From positions 43,152,001-43,216,000 of the forward strand of contig OX597834.1 in NCBI GenBank assembly GCA_951406725.2: 64,000 nt of DNA, given 5' to 3'. The position numbers and the translations under genes were made by a program. The notes under the pieces are model-generated. The model saw only the letters and a program-made list of their open reading frames with translations, made no database searches and had not been told where the DNA came from. The DNA comes from Octopus vulgaris (taxonomy: Eukaryota). This document shows, piece by piece, positions 1-11,765 of the stretch (its first letter is position 1; the number at the start of each line of letters is the position of its first letter).

Positions 1-150
1 TCGTCTGCTGCTACGTTCTGAGTTCAAATTCCGCCGAGGTCGACTTTGCCTTTCATCCTTTCGGGGTCGATTAAATAAGTACCCTGTTACGCACTGGCGT
101 CGATATAATCGACTAAATCCGTTTGTCTGTCCTTGTTTGTCCTCTCCGTG
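1..150 (+). mobile_element. SINE family A (tRNA-derived, Meta-domain-like centre), cut by window start, A1-type tail
   Basis: B-box GAGTTCAAATTCC, centre GGTCGACTTTGCCTTTCATCCTTTCGGGGTCGATTAAATAAGTACC, tail GTTTGTCTGTCCTTGTTTGTC; more than 12 similar copies in the window. Confidence 0.85.
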
Positions 151-156
151 TGATTT

Positions 157-488
157 CGGTTTCAGTACCACTGCGGGGAACGTTGGGCAAGTGTCTCCTA
201 CAATAGCCTCGGGCCGACCAAATCACTTGTGATTAGATTTCATTGAAGGAAACTGAAAGAAGCCTGTAGTATATATGTGTATATTTGTGTGTGAGTTTGT
301 GTTTGAACACCCAACAACATCGCTTCACAACAGACGTTGGTGTGTTTACGTAATCATAACTTAGCGGTTCGGCAAAAGAAAACGATCGAGTAATTACTAG
401 GCTTACATATGACCTGGGGTCTATTTGGTCGACCAGGGTCGGTGCTCCAGCATGACTGCAGTCAAATGATTGAAACAAGTGAAAGAAT
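157..488 (+). mobile_element. SINE family B (CORE-like body, internal microsatellite, LINE-derived tail), 5'-truncated
   Basis: TTGGGCAAGTGTCT...AGCCTCGGGCCGACCAAA...GGAAACTGAAAGAAGCC, TA/TG tract, tail CGGTGCTCCAGCATGACTGCAGTCAAATGATTGAAACAAGT; aligns by eye to 16524-16908. Confidence 0.85.
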
Positions 489-554
489 ATATATGTATCG
501 TAGGGTATAATTATAAATAGGGCAAATTTTAGCCATTATCTATCTCTCTATATA

Positions 555-860
555 TCTTTATATATAAAATTGAAGTTGTGTGTCTGAGACTCTGTCTCCT
601 CCGCTTTAGATTCCTAACTGCCCCCACATTTTGCGGTGCAGTTTAACCAAAAGCGGGTCTCTTATATTCGTCATTCATATCGAGCCCTTCTGGGTATTAG
701 CACGCGTCTACGATGAGTCTACGATTTAAAAAAAAAATTACCTCATTTTTCCGCATTTTTAATGATTTTTGCTTGGGTTATATAAGGAAAGTAACTCTCT
801 AAAAATGCTTGTATAGTTATTTCCCTTACAAACCCGAGCAACGCCGGGCGATACTGCTAG
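555..860 (+). mobile_element. Non-autonomous Helitron-like element (~306 bp)
   Basis: A|TC 5' end (TCTTTATATATAAAA), 3' hairpin CCCGAGCAACGCCGGG (833-848), terminal CTAG (857-860) followed by T; AT target and no TSD, the canonical Helitron ends. Confidence 0.75.
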
Positions 861-1149
861 TATATATATATAACATAATATACATATATGCATGTATACA
901 TACATATATATATACATACTTACATATATATGAATTTTGTTAACCAGCTAGAAACATCATTGTATGATGTTTTTAGCGATGAAGCAGGCAGATATTCAGT
1001 TATGTATTGGTATAAGTGCAATATTTGGTACAGCTGTCAAGAACGGTGTGCCTTGGTCATAGATATGTCCAATCAGGGCTTACCTTAAACCACAATCAAT
1101 ACTACGTTGACCTCTACGACGAAGACGGCCCCTACCAACACACACGCCT

Positions 1150-1284
1150 CAACACCATCAACACCACCATCACTGCCAACACCAATACCAACACCAGTAT
1201 CATCCCCACCACCACCACCACCATCACTACAAGACCACCACCACCACTACCACTACTACCATCCCTAGCACCAAAACCAGCATC

Positions 1285-1316
<32 letters not shown>

Positions 1317-1340
1317 CAACAACACCACCACCACCGCCGT
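1150..1340. repeat. (ACC)n/(ACA)n degenerate trinucleotide repeat
   Basis: Runs of ACCACC and ACAACA; source of the Pro/Thr-rich ORF 1016-1372. Confidence 0.9.
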
Positions 1341-1849
1341 CTTCCTACAAATCGCATCGCAATATTTTATAAAGGGATGTGTACATTGATCAAGATGGAC
1401 CTAAACTCTGGGGGGTCACACAAGCCCTTGGAGTGAATGCATTTAATCGTTTCTCAGTTCGATCATATCCGATTTACGGTTTAACAAAACAAAAGCAATA
1501 ACTGGACGCAATAATTCAACACATCCATTGTAAAAAATATATTAGATGACAGAAAGCAATAAACAGGGTTATGAATTGATGAAATATCATTGAGGCTATT
1601 GCGAACGGACTTACGTGGACACAAATATAATTTGAAAATGAACAGATTCCAGACACACTTGGTTTCAACATCGAAGCTTCTTATCTTCGGCGGTCTTAAA
1701 ATATTTCATACAAATAACTCATCTTTCCAATGAAAACAGTTGATGATGAAGATGATTCCAACATCAAAACAGTATCACATGATGCGAAAACAAATTTGTA
1801 AAGCAATGAAACGATCATTAATCGTACTCCTATTAAGTTTTATTTATGC

Positions 1850-1869
1850 GTACATACATACATACATTT

Positions 1870-1909
<40 letters not shown>

Positions 1910-1934
1910 ATATCTATCTATCTATCTATCTATA

Positions 1935-1986
<52 letters not shown>
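1850..1986. repeat. (TA)n/(TATC)n compound microsatellite
   Basis: Directly visible tandem repeats. Confidence 0.95.
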
Positions 1987-1989
<3 letters not shown>

Positions 1990-2278
1990 GTATTTATGAG
2001 AAATATACATAAAAACCTTCTCTATACATATTTGCATATATTGGCAAAATGTAGTATCATAAACATCTATGCGAATATAATAGCTTATTTCCCGAAATGA
2101 ATACTTGGAGTTAATATCTAGGTGGAAATAAATGTGATTCAAACACAGCGAAGACTTAATAATTTCATGTTCTCATGAATGCATAACAACACCTATATTC
2201 GAAGAAATATTTACGTAAATAGACATATGTATAGCTACCATGATAGTCAGTGTCTACATTAATATGTATGACATATAC

Positions 2279-2333
<55 letters not shown>

Positions 2334-2754
2334 CATATATATGTATATATATTAAAGGATGGAGACCGTGTTCAAGCATTTTGTAGATTAGCCAGTACAT
2401 AGTGATGGAATTGACGAATCACGACGGCTTTGTCGCCTTTTTAATATCTGTTTATTCAGAAGGACATGATATCATGCTTCGCTGCGTTGTCCATAGTTTA
2501 CTGCCGTGCCAATGCCTCAGGCCAAACAATGCCGCAAATGTTTAACATTAAGTCGGAAGCTAAGATGGCGATTTTACTGCACATGTTTATATAATGGTAT
2601 CACGTAAAACGATACAAATATTTTATATACTTCCTTATTAATGCGAAATCTATTGGTATTCATTCAATACCGGTTACTCTTGCTGTTGTTGTTGTTGTTG
2701 TTGTTGTGTGTTGCACCAGTTGGGGCTTGATTGTGTACATTTACGAAGAAAAAT

Positions 2755-2895
2755 ATTAACCGATATAATAAGCACCTGTCTTTAAAACAAAAATAAGTAT
2801 AGGGGCCGATTCCTTCGACTAAAAAATTATCCGTGGCGGTGCACCAGCATGGCCACAGTCTGACGACAGAAACAAATAATAGATAAAAGAACAAA
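2755..2895 (+). mobile_element. SINE family B 3' tail fragment
   Basis: GGCGGTGCACCAGCATGGCCACAGTC...GAAACAAATAA...AAAAGA matches the family B tail. Confidence 0.7.
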
Positions 2896-3047
2896 AGATG
2901 CGTAGATTATCAAAGAATAAATAGAATTTCTTTGTGACTTCGATGGAATCAATCCACAGTCATTCAACTGCTCTTTCTAGGACATGTAAGCTTTTCCACA
3001 TTTACCCGTTATCTTATTTCTGTTCAATTTACGAGTATCAGCTGGTA

Positions 3048-3278
3048 ATATATTTCGTTTTTGGATTTGGTTTGTAAGATTCTTTATGTGAGTTCGTGTG
3101 TTGAAGCCTATTATGTTGTGTCTGGGGAGAGTCATTCTCTTTTGGTGCCTTATAATTCAACACATTCACCGGTAAAATTACCACTTATTTCTTTTTTATT
3201 TTTCTAAAAGTTTCGTTGCGTCTTGCAACCTTTGTTGTAGTTGTTGAGAGTCAACGACTATTGAAAAGGTTGCAAGAT
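3048..3278. repeat. Dispersed repeat with inverted junction (probable Penelope-like terminal repeat)
   Basis: Shares TGGGGAGAGTCATT and an inverted TATATTTCGTTTT end with 4908-4990; inverted pair TCTTGCAACCTT...AAGGTTGCAAGA at 3221-3278. Confidence 0.45.
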
Positions 3279-3284
3279 TTATTG

Positions 3285-3431
3285 GCCAACTACTCCACCT
3301 CTAATATCTCCCTTTTTGGCTTCGCCCTGCACCACGGATACACACACTCCCGACTCCGCCTGGAACAGCATTTCATTGTCTGTCTACAAACACAAACTCC
3401 TTCCGGACTCAACACAATCCCCTCCTCTTAA
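3285..3431 (+). pseudogene. Penelope-like element GIY-YIG endonuclease C-terminal remnant
   Basis: Translation ...YSTSNISLFGFALHHGYTHSRLRLEQHFIVCLQTQTPSGLNTIPSS* fits the PLE EN C-terminal pattern R..LEQ..I..L.T..P.GLN; followed by a low-complexity spacer and a hammerhead-bearing repeat. Confidence 0.7.
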
Positions 3432-3799
3432 CCAGTGTCTCTACACCCCTCCCGAAAAAGCAACTTTTTATCTTATTTTGTCTTATTTTATCCCACCTTA
3501 CATCCACTCACTTTTTTTAACACTGTTAAGCCTTTTCTCTTCCATTTTTTATCGTTATTTCCGTCGAATTCTTTAATTTTTTAATTGTATTAACTTTTTA
3601 TAATTTTCTTTAATAATTGTATTAATTTCTATTTTATCCCTTTAATTTTTATTATTTATTATTTATTATTTAACTTTAATGTGTTATTTTTTGTATTTTT
3701 TCATCTTTTATTCATTAATTTTATTTTTCCATCTAATACCCTTGCCAGTTCTTCCCTATTTTTTATCAATCCTCTTTTATTATATTTTATTTTATTTCT

Positions 3800-4600
3800 G
3801 CATACACGCACGCATACATACACACACGTTCATATACATACACGCACATATACACGTACGCACACACAGAAGAACGAACGTATACCTCGCATATAACTCC
3901 CATACACACCACACACACACGCACATACACGCATACCCACACAACCCCACGTACATACATATATACACGCACACACACGCACACATACACATGTACACAC
4001 ACGTACACGCACACAGATATACACACTCACCACACACACAGCCCCACGCTCACACACATATATACACACGCACGTACACACAGAGACGCACACACACACA
4101 GATGAACGCACATATACCTCCCACACACATAACACACACTCATACATAAACGCACACAATTACACATACACGTGCATACACACAGGTACATACACACACA
4201 CAACCACACCCACATCACACACGCACATGCACACACGCACACACACACGTACACGCACACACAAAGACGCATGCACACACATCATACACACACACAACAT
4301 ATATATAAACGCACACACATACATATACACGCACATGCATAACACCTTTCTACTGGCCATTCCTCTACACACATGTGCAGAGACACACAACTCCACAAAG
4401 GACCACCACTCCTGTTACCATGCTGCCGAATTCTTCCTACAACTTTAAGAGACACAAAGTTCACTAACACATACACATACAAACAGCCAACTCCACACAA
4501 AAACCACACACACACAACACACACATTGACATAAGCTATTACAGACACATACACACACAGACTTGCCTGCACGCACATAACTACACACACACAGATACAT
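3800..4600. repeat. Degenerate (CA)n-rich low-complexity tract, lying between the PLE EN remnant and its terminal repeat
   Basis: About 800 bp of CA/CG/TA dinucleotide mosaic; source of the His/Thr and Val/Cys ORFs. Confidence 0.9.
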
Positions 4601-4659
4601 CCTTCTCTTACACTCTCCTGTCTTGGAAAGCACTTTTCTGAACCCATTCCCCTCTGTTC

Positions 4660-4873
4660 TATTCAAAATGTAACCAAACGTGGATCGTTGGCGATTTTTT
4701 CCTTGTCTTGCTTTCCTCTTGGATTTTCTTCCGTCTCCTGTTTCTGACGAAGAGCAATTCTCGAAACGTTAAACTAACTTTCTCTCCTTCCATGAGCGCC
4801 TGCTAATACTTGGCATGTACCACGTCCTCGCGTCGTTGTGTTTTTCTTGCGTTTATTCTACTTTTTTTATTTA

Positions 4874-4875
<2 letters not shown>
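4660..4875 (+). mobile_element. Penelope-like terminal repeat (pLTR) containing a minimal hammerhead motif
   Basis: Related copies at 43925-44018 (-), 48840-49050 (+) and 49850-49985 (+); lies downstream of the GIY-YIG remnant in the same orientation. Confidence 0.7.
4740..4774 (+). ncRNA. Minimal type I hammerhead ribozyme motif
   Basis: GTTT-CTGACGA-A-GAG(CAATT)CTC-GAAA-CGTT-AAAC: CUGANGA and GAAA cores, stem II, palindromic ACGT stem III, stem I GTTT/AAAC. Confidence 0.65.
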
Positions 4876-4909
<34 letters not shown>

Positions 4910-4992
4910 TGTTGTGCCTGGGGAGAGTCATTGTCTTTTAGTGCCATATAAAGAATATTGAAAACTAAATCCCAAAACGAAATATATATATA

Positions 4993-5275
4993 TTGTTTGT
5001 TCCTTCTCGAGCCACGCCCGGTATCCTTGGCGTATAGGTTCCCCACCTGGACGGTGCGCCGGTCCGTTCTAGGTGAGCTGCTAAATGCAGGAGGAAAGTG
5101 TGAGAGAAAGTTGTGGGTAAAGAGTCAGCAGAAGTTTGCCATTACATTCTGCCGGAGCCGCGTGGAGCTTAGGTCTTTTCGCTGAAAAACACACATCTCA
5201 CCCGGTCTGAGATTCGAAACCGCGATCCCTGGACCGCAAGTCCGCTGCTCTGACCACTTGGCCATTTGCCTCCAC
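4993..5275 (-). mobile_element. SINE family C head and body with an alternative 3' module
   Basis: Reverse complement begins GTGGAGGCAAATGGCCAAGTGGTCAGAGCAGCGGAC...GGTTTCGAATC; body as in 52605-52790; tail GGACCGGCGCACCGTCCAGGTGGGGAACC differs from that copy. Confidence 0.8.
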
Positions 5276-5310
5276 ACGCACTCACGCGCGCATAGATAAC
5301 TATATACATT

Positions 5311-5527
5311 CTAGGGAGAGTTGAAAAGTTCCGGGCATTGGGAAAAAGCAATACAGGAAGATCAGTTAATTACGATTTTATAGAACCTATTCCCCTCTTA
5401 GGTTCATACACTTACTGTACTGCTCTTTCATTTTTTCTAAACCCCGTTAAAGAATTAGGAAGGTTGGGTATCCAACCAGACCTTTCACCATACCCTTTAA
5501 GCCACGAAATTTGTAGCACTCTCTCGT
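5311..5527. mobile_element. Degenerate mariner-type MITE
   Basis: Imperfect TIRs AGGGAGAGTTGAAAAGTTCCGGGC ... GCCACGAAATTTGTAGCACTCTCTCG resembling CGAGGGG..GAAAAGTT mariner ends. Confidence 0.5.
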
Positions 5528-6172
5528 TCATAAACACACACGTACATACACGAGCACACACACACACACACCTAGACATATAAATTTCTATATATACATA
5601 TAAGTGTGTATGTATGACTAATAAAGTTACTATTAAGTCAATGCTTGATACAAACATATATATAAGAAGACAGTTCACAGGAGAGTGCATAACACTTAAG
5701 GAAATTGGTGCTAGTATATTACAACTTATGTATATATAGATATATATATTAATATATACATATTCACGAACTTATATATATATCTGTACATAGGTAAGAT
5801 TTAATAATGTAATATTGACACACACGTATATGTATATTTATTGTTGTTATTATTATCATTATTATTGTAGCGTTGAAAGTTTTAATTAAATGAAACCCTA
5901 AAATAGGTATCTCATCAGTTGTAAAATATATTTCACAATCCTCCTCTAGGAATTTATTTTAACGAAATCAATTTTATTTGGCTTCTGCATAATCATATCG
6001 AGATCTGATATCGTAGTATTAATGTCTATACGTCTGCATACCATACAAATTCTCATTCCTTTAAGTTTCAACCAGTGGTTTTCGTCATGGCAGCTCGATC
6101 TGCTAGAAGTAGCAGTTAAATCTCTCTGGAAATATATCCGAGTCCCTGGCCACAGCCCTTGAGAATAAAGGA

Positions 6173-6177
<5 letters not shown>

Positions 6178-6253
<76 letters not shown>

Positions 6254-6275
6254 TAGATAGATATATATATATATT
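6178..6275. repeat. (TA)n microsatellite
   Basis: Long perfect TA run. Confidence 0.95.
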
Positions 6276-6502
6276 CATATATGCATATGCGCAAAAGAAT
6301 GTATATTCATACTTATATAAGCGAACTAACACCCACTTTTTTCCCTTCGAGGGCTTATATATCCCAGTATCAGACTACTTTCTTTAGCTAATGCATGGTG
6401 ATCACATATAAGCATTAAGCTTATAATTATAATATCAATAATAATAATTACTATAATTTACAGAACAAACACATATGTAATGTGAATATATAAAGATATA
6501 TC

Positions 6503-6562
6503 TATTATTATTATTATTATTATTATTATTGATGTTGTTGTTATTATTATTTTCATTATTAA

Positions 6563-6660
<98 letters not shown>
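6503..6660. repeat. (ATT)n then (TAG)n compound microsatellite
   Basis: Directly visible. Confidence 0.95.
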
Positions 6661-6858
6661 TTGCTACAGGAGTCGTAGAAAGCTCGTATACTCTGAATTG
6701 GTGTCCAACCCGATGTTTACATCAGAGTGAAATCTGAGAAAGACAGAATAGGATCACGCAGTGACGTTAAAGAGGGCAACGGTTTAAGAAGATCGGTCTA
6801 TACTCCGTAATGTCAATAAACCTCCGTACTATAAAGAAAAGATAATAATCATTTCTAA

Positions 6859-7062
6859 TAAAGACACAAGGCCTGAAATTTTGGTGGAGGGAACTAGTCG
6901 ATTACAACGACTCCAGTATTTCACTGGTACATATTTTATCAACCCCAAAAGGATGAAAGGCAGTGTTAACTTCTGCGGAATTTGAACTCGGACCGCAAAG
7001 GCGAATGAAATGCCGCTAAGCATTTTCCCGCCCTGCTAACAATTCTGCCTGCTTTGCCGTCT
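6859..7062 (-). mobile_element. SINE family A
   Basis: Reverse complement of head GGCAGAATTGTTAGCAGGGC...AATGCTTAGCGG, B-box and CCTTTCATCCTTTTGGGGTTGATAAA centre. Confidence 0.8.
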
Positions 7063-7204
7063 TATACAATGATGATAATAGTAAGTACGAATGCTAGCGT
7101 AGTTTTCAGTTGCCTAATTTCCCGCAGGTCCTTCACGATGCTTCAATAGAGGGTACTTGCCCAAGAAGCACAATAGGAAGAGTGGACAGGAAACTACGCA
7201 AAGC

Positions 7205-7335
7205 GCTCGCTACGTTCTCAGAACCAATTCCGCCGAGATAGACATTCACCTTTCGGGGCCCATAAATTAAGTACCTGTGAAACACTGAGGTCGATGAAAT
7301 CGACTAGTCCTCTCCTCCAAGATTTCAAGCATTAT
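7205..7335 (+). mobile_element. SINE family A fragment
   Basis: GCTACGTTCTCAGAACCAATTCCGCCGAG...CCTTTCGGGGCCCATAAATTAAGTACC. Confidence 0.7.
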
Positions 7336-7350
7336 CGTTATTATTATCAT

Positions 7351-7574
7351 CTTTTTTTTTCTTCTTTCAAATTTGGTTCCATATCTTGCCGAGTGTCTTC
7401 CCGACTCCTAGGGCAAAGAAACTCATAGTATACATTGGTAGGTCATTAAACTAAACTCACTACTTCGTTCATTTTTTTTATTTTTTAAGTTAAATTAAAA
7501 TACATGGGTAGTAATAGTTCTCACATCGATAATGCTCTTCTCAATACGTGTGATGTACCAGTTAAGACAATCTT
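7351..7574 (-). mobile_element. 3' end of an R4/Dong-clade (RLE) non-LTR retrotransposon
   Basis: 7574-7521 translates KIVLTGTSHVLRRALSM*, matching the R4/Dong C-terminal pattern QK.VL.GT.H.LR..LS; then a 3' UTR, an A-run and TAA-type repeats; TAA repeats also flank the 5' side. Confidence 0.65.
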
Positions 7575-7576
7575 TA

Positions 7577-7617
<41 letters not shown>

Positions 7618-7620
7618 GTG

Positions 7621-8174
7621 TGAGTGAGAGAGCTGTGCATGCCATCAAAGTGACACTGGGGTAAAATATACGAAGCCCAGTATACCCATCAAGACTACCC
7701 GTCTGATAAGGGTACACTAGGCACATGCATCACAACCATATGTGCGCGACGTGGTGATCTCATATCAAGATAAACAGCACATGACCTTGCAGGTGCGGCC
7801 CAGTTAGAATTTTCTTCTCGTCGAGTAACCCATCCTGCTCAAAAGGTCCCTGAATAAGCCTTGTTTAACGATGTTGAACGAAACACCCATGTTTCCAGAG
7901 GTGAATTATTCAAACCCCAAAGAATCCCTCTCAATACATGGCTATGATGCTCCCCACTACTTCTGCTCATGATCAGAGATGCACATATCGTCAGCCACTA
8001 AGGGACATGGTCAACTGGTTACGGTCAAGCAACTGACAAGCAAATCTGTGGTATTGAGCAGAATATTTGCTGTAGCCCATCTTTTATACCAAGACAAAAC
8101 AATGCACATGATAACACTTCCAATCAGTTAAGATCAGAAGCCATAAGAGCCACTGTCTAGTACTGCATCAGGGC
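7621..8174 (-). mobile_element. Unclassified non-coding interspersed element E (~550 bp) embedded in (TAA)n
   Basis: Clearly homologous inverted copy at 29973-30446; ATT repeats on both sides; no tRNA head, TIR or ORF recognised. Confidence 0.8.
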
Positions 8175-8175
8175 C

Positions 8176-8214
<39 letters not shown>

Positions 8215-8232
8215 CATTATTACCACCATTAC

Positions 8233-8292
<60 letters not shown>

Positions 8293-8380
8293 TATTATTA
8301 CTATTATTATTATTATTATTGTTGTTGTTGTTGTTGTTGTTGTTGTTATTATTATCATTATTATTATTATTATTATTCAT
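8176..8380. repeat. (ATT)n/(GTT)n microsatellite
   Basis: Directly visible. Confidence 0.95.
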
Positions 8381-9365
8381 TTACTATTACCAGAGCTAAT
8401 AACATAAAAAGTAACCGACAAACTAAAGAGCATGTGTATTAATTAAAAAGATGCATTCACATTTAACTGGGATTAATGGATATGTTGTAGAATTTATGTT
8501 ACTCTTAACTTCAAGGAGATTTATCATAAAAATGATGTTTCTAATTCTACATGAAGAGCCTCAATAACTGCAACTCGATATCATACTCAAATTATGGTTG
8601 AACTATAAACGATATTAAATATATACATTAACAAACATAAAAATGATGAATTAATATTAAGCGGTGAAATTAAATATAGATTCTAAGCCTTTTGTGACCA
8701 AGTATCTAATGAAATATACTATTGGTGTGTATTAAGTAATTAACTTTTAAAATAATTAAGAATTTAGTTATATAATTATTTGTTTTCTTCCATCTCGAAG
8801 CTGGGATTTGGAATATATCTTAAATTATTATTACGCGAAATTATATCGGAATGGTAACCTTTGCAAATGTTCGCTCGAATATATGCAGTTTTGTACAATG
8901 AAAAGTGAGGCATTCAGAAAGATGTTTGTCTAAGAGTACAAAATAATCAGCACTGCAGCTGCCTTCATTAGCGTTGGACATGGATGGCTACCAAGTCTGA
9001 TTCGAGAGCAAATACTAGTTACTAAAACACATACAAAAATTTAAAACATACAATTAGAAACACACACACACACACATATATAGTATAGATATATTGTTTT
9101 TATTAAATAGAATATGTCTACGAATGGCTCTGCCTAGGTGTGTGGATGTGCGTGTGAGAAACCCTTTGTGCATAAATTTCATTCTATTTCTACAGAACGG
9201 GAATTATTAATTAAATAAATATTTGATGAACTGTGAATTTTATATATTATGCAGCGAGGTTGGGAACTTTCAGGCGCACATACGAGTCCCCATTAAAAAA
9301 ACATACATACAGATAGACAGACAGAGATACAGACAAACACATAGACATTCGTATATAGACAGGCC

Positions 9366-9556
9366 AACAGAAGAAAGAGTGAGAGAAAGTTGTGGCGAAA
9401 GTGTACAGCAGGGATCGCCACCAACCTTCGCCGGAGTCGCATGGAGCTTTAGTTGTTTTCGCTCAATAAGCACTCTCAACGCCCGGTCAGGTAATCGAAA
9501 CCGCGATCCTACAACCGCGAGTTCTCTACCCCAGCCCCTGAGCCATTGCGCCTCCA
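9366..9556 (-). mobile_element. SINE family C head and body
   Basis: Reverse complement TGGAGGCGCAATGGCTCAGGGGCTGGG...GGTTTCGATTACC, body matching 52605-52800. Confidence 0.8.
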
Positions 9557-9572
9557 TATATATATGTATGTT

Positions 9573-9609
<37 letters not shown>

Positions 9610-9658
9610 ACAGACACGTATACACACTCATACATAGCCTTTAAAGATCGATTATTGA

Positions 9659-9730
9659 CTTTCCGGCAGGGAATCGAACTCTGGTCTCCCGCGTGATAGG
9701 TGGCAATATTAACCACTGTACTATGGAGAA
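9659..9730 (-). pseudogene. tRNA-Asp pseudogene (anticodon GTC changed to ATC)
   Basis: TTCTCCATAGTACAGTGGTTAATATTGCCACCTATCACGCGGGAGACCAGAGTTCGATTCCCTGCCGGAAAG, 72 nt colinear with metazoan tRNA-Asp(GTC); acceptor, anticodon and T stems carry mismatches. Confidence 0.8.
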
Positions 9731-10597
9731 ATACCCGAATGTATGTATGTATGTATGTATGTATGTATGTATTTATCTATCTATCTATCTATCTATATAT
9801 ATATATATATATATACACACAGACATATATATATAAATACGTATGTATATATATATATATAAGTATGAGTAGTTTCATTTAACATATATATATATTATAA
9901 ATGTATGTGTTTGTGTTTCCTGCGTATATATATTTGTGTGCATGTGTGTGTGTGTGCGCGAGCGCGTGTGTGTGCGTATATATGAATGCATTAGAACATA
10001 TTTGAAGGGCAATTTGAATGACTCATGGCAAATTTGAACTTTCGGCTCTCACGGAATGGTTTCGAGCTATGATATCATACACCCAGAAAGACTAGAAGCA
10101 TGTATGAATGTAATTAGCTTGATGTATTCGATCTCTTTATCAGCATTTATTTTCTCGAACGTTCTGGCTGGGACTAATGTGTCATTGAAGAATAAATAAA
10201 AAAAAACACACATAAAACGAAATTAAGAATAGCGATAAATAAATATATAATGAAAATAAATGTGATAAAAAGCCAAAGAAATGTGCGCGCTTCATGTATC
10301 TAGCAACACATCGGATCGAGTGTAAATTCATGTCATTTTAATAAAGCAGAAAACTTTTCAACTATTGAAACAACATATCAAGGAAAAACCCAGTTTTCAT
10401 TGCAACTCAGACTTCCATACACTCAGCGATATATGTTCAATTTCTTTCTGTCTCCTGAAGAACACAGATGGTGGTGGTGGGGGGTAATGAAAAGAAAAAA
10501 CCCAGATAAATAAAAATGGTTCCATAAAACATATTTCGAGATACAAACTTATAAATCATGTTTACTTTCAAGTGATAGAATTGTGAGGGATTAATCG

Positions 10598-10633
<36 letters not shown>

Positions 10634-10829
10634 CAAATAAGAAAATGGAGAAGCACATTAGTTGGTTCACCAGCTTTAGGATATTAAAATGTTGACTTAT
10701 TTATTTATCAAAACGACAACCATAATAATATAGATATATACAGTATAAAATTCAATTATTATCAGATAAGAATAGAAATAGTTATTAAAAAACTTGAACA
10801 TAAATTATTAATTATTAATTATTAAGTTT

Positions 10830-10834
<5 letters not shown>

Positions 10835-10906
<72 letters not shown>
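10835..10906. repeat. (TA)n microsatellite
   Basis: Perfect run. Confidence 0.95.
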
Positions 10907-10909
<3 letters not shown>

Positions 10910-11599
10910 AGTATGAAAATATAAAAATGTTCAATATAGACAGAATTTCTATGGTTATTGAAAACTAGAATATCAGAGACAGTTGACATTTTCATCTGAT
11001 AGTATATACTATGTACGATATTCGTTCTCTTTTGAGTGTTCTTATATCTATCTTCATATTTAACACCGCCAAACAGTCACATTTTTCAGATAATAGAAAG
11101 TGAAGGCGAGATTATCACAGCTAAATTCACAGCAAGCATTTACACAAGTGATAAGTGTGCGAATTTGAATAAATAAAACGAACGAGAAATTGGTAAATAT
11201 CTAAGATGTTGGTGCTGTTACATCGATCCTAAATTATGACAGCATTCCAAGTGTAAATATATGAGAAATAATTGAAATATTGGCAATTCGGTGTCGACAA
11301 AACGTACTTCATCGGTAAGATATTATCTGAAGATCATTAAAAGCGTACGTGTAAAACCGAGCCCAATCGTGTGAATGTTTTCCACAAATTAAATATATTA
11401 ATTCCATGTTTTGTATTTTGTGTATGCTTTATATATTGCTTAATAAATTAACAGCAAATTTCAGTTTATTTTTCCTGAAGGTGTATGTATTATATTTATA
11501 TTAATGCATGAAATATGTATAGAATTATTTATTGACTGAAAACAAAACCTTATGTTCCTTTCATTTTTCTATACAATTCCCGCTTAACTATCTTTGACA

Positions 11600-11688
<89 letters not shown>

Positions 11689-11712
11689 GCCTCTCTGTCT
11701 GTCTGTCTATCG

Positions 11713-11765
<53 letters not shown>

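Noticed and set aside
1016-1372. Pro/Thr-rich 118-aa ORF
   Set aside because: It is a translation of ACC/ACA repeats, with no domain or splice support.
3679-4666. Overlapping His/Thr and Val/Cys ORFs
   Set aside because: They are stop-free because of CA/TG dinucleotide repeats.
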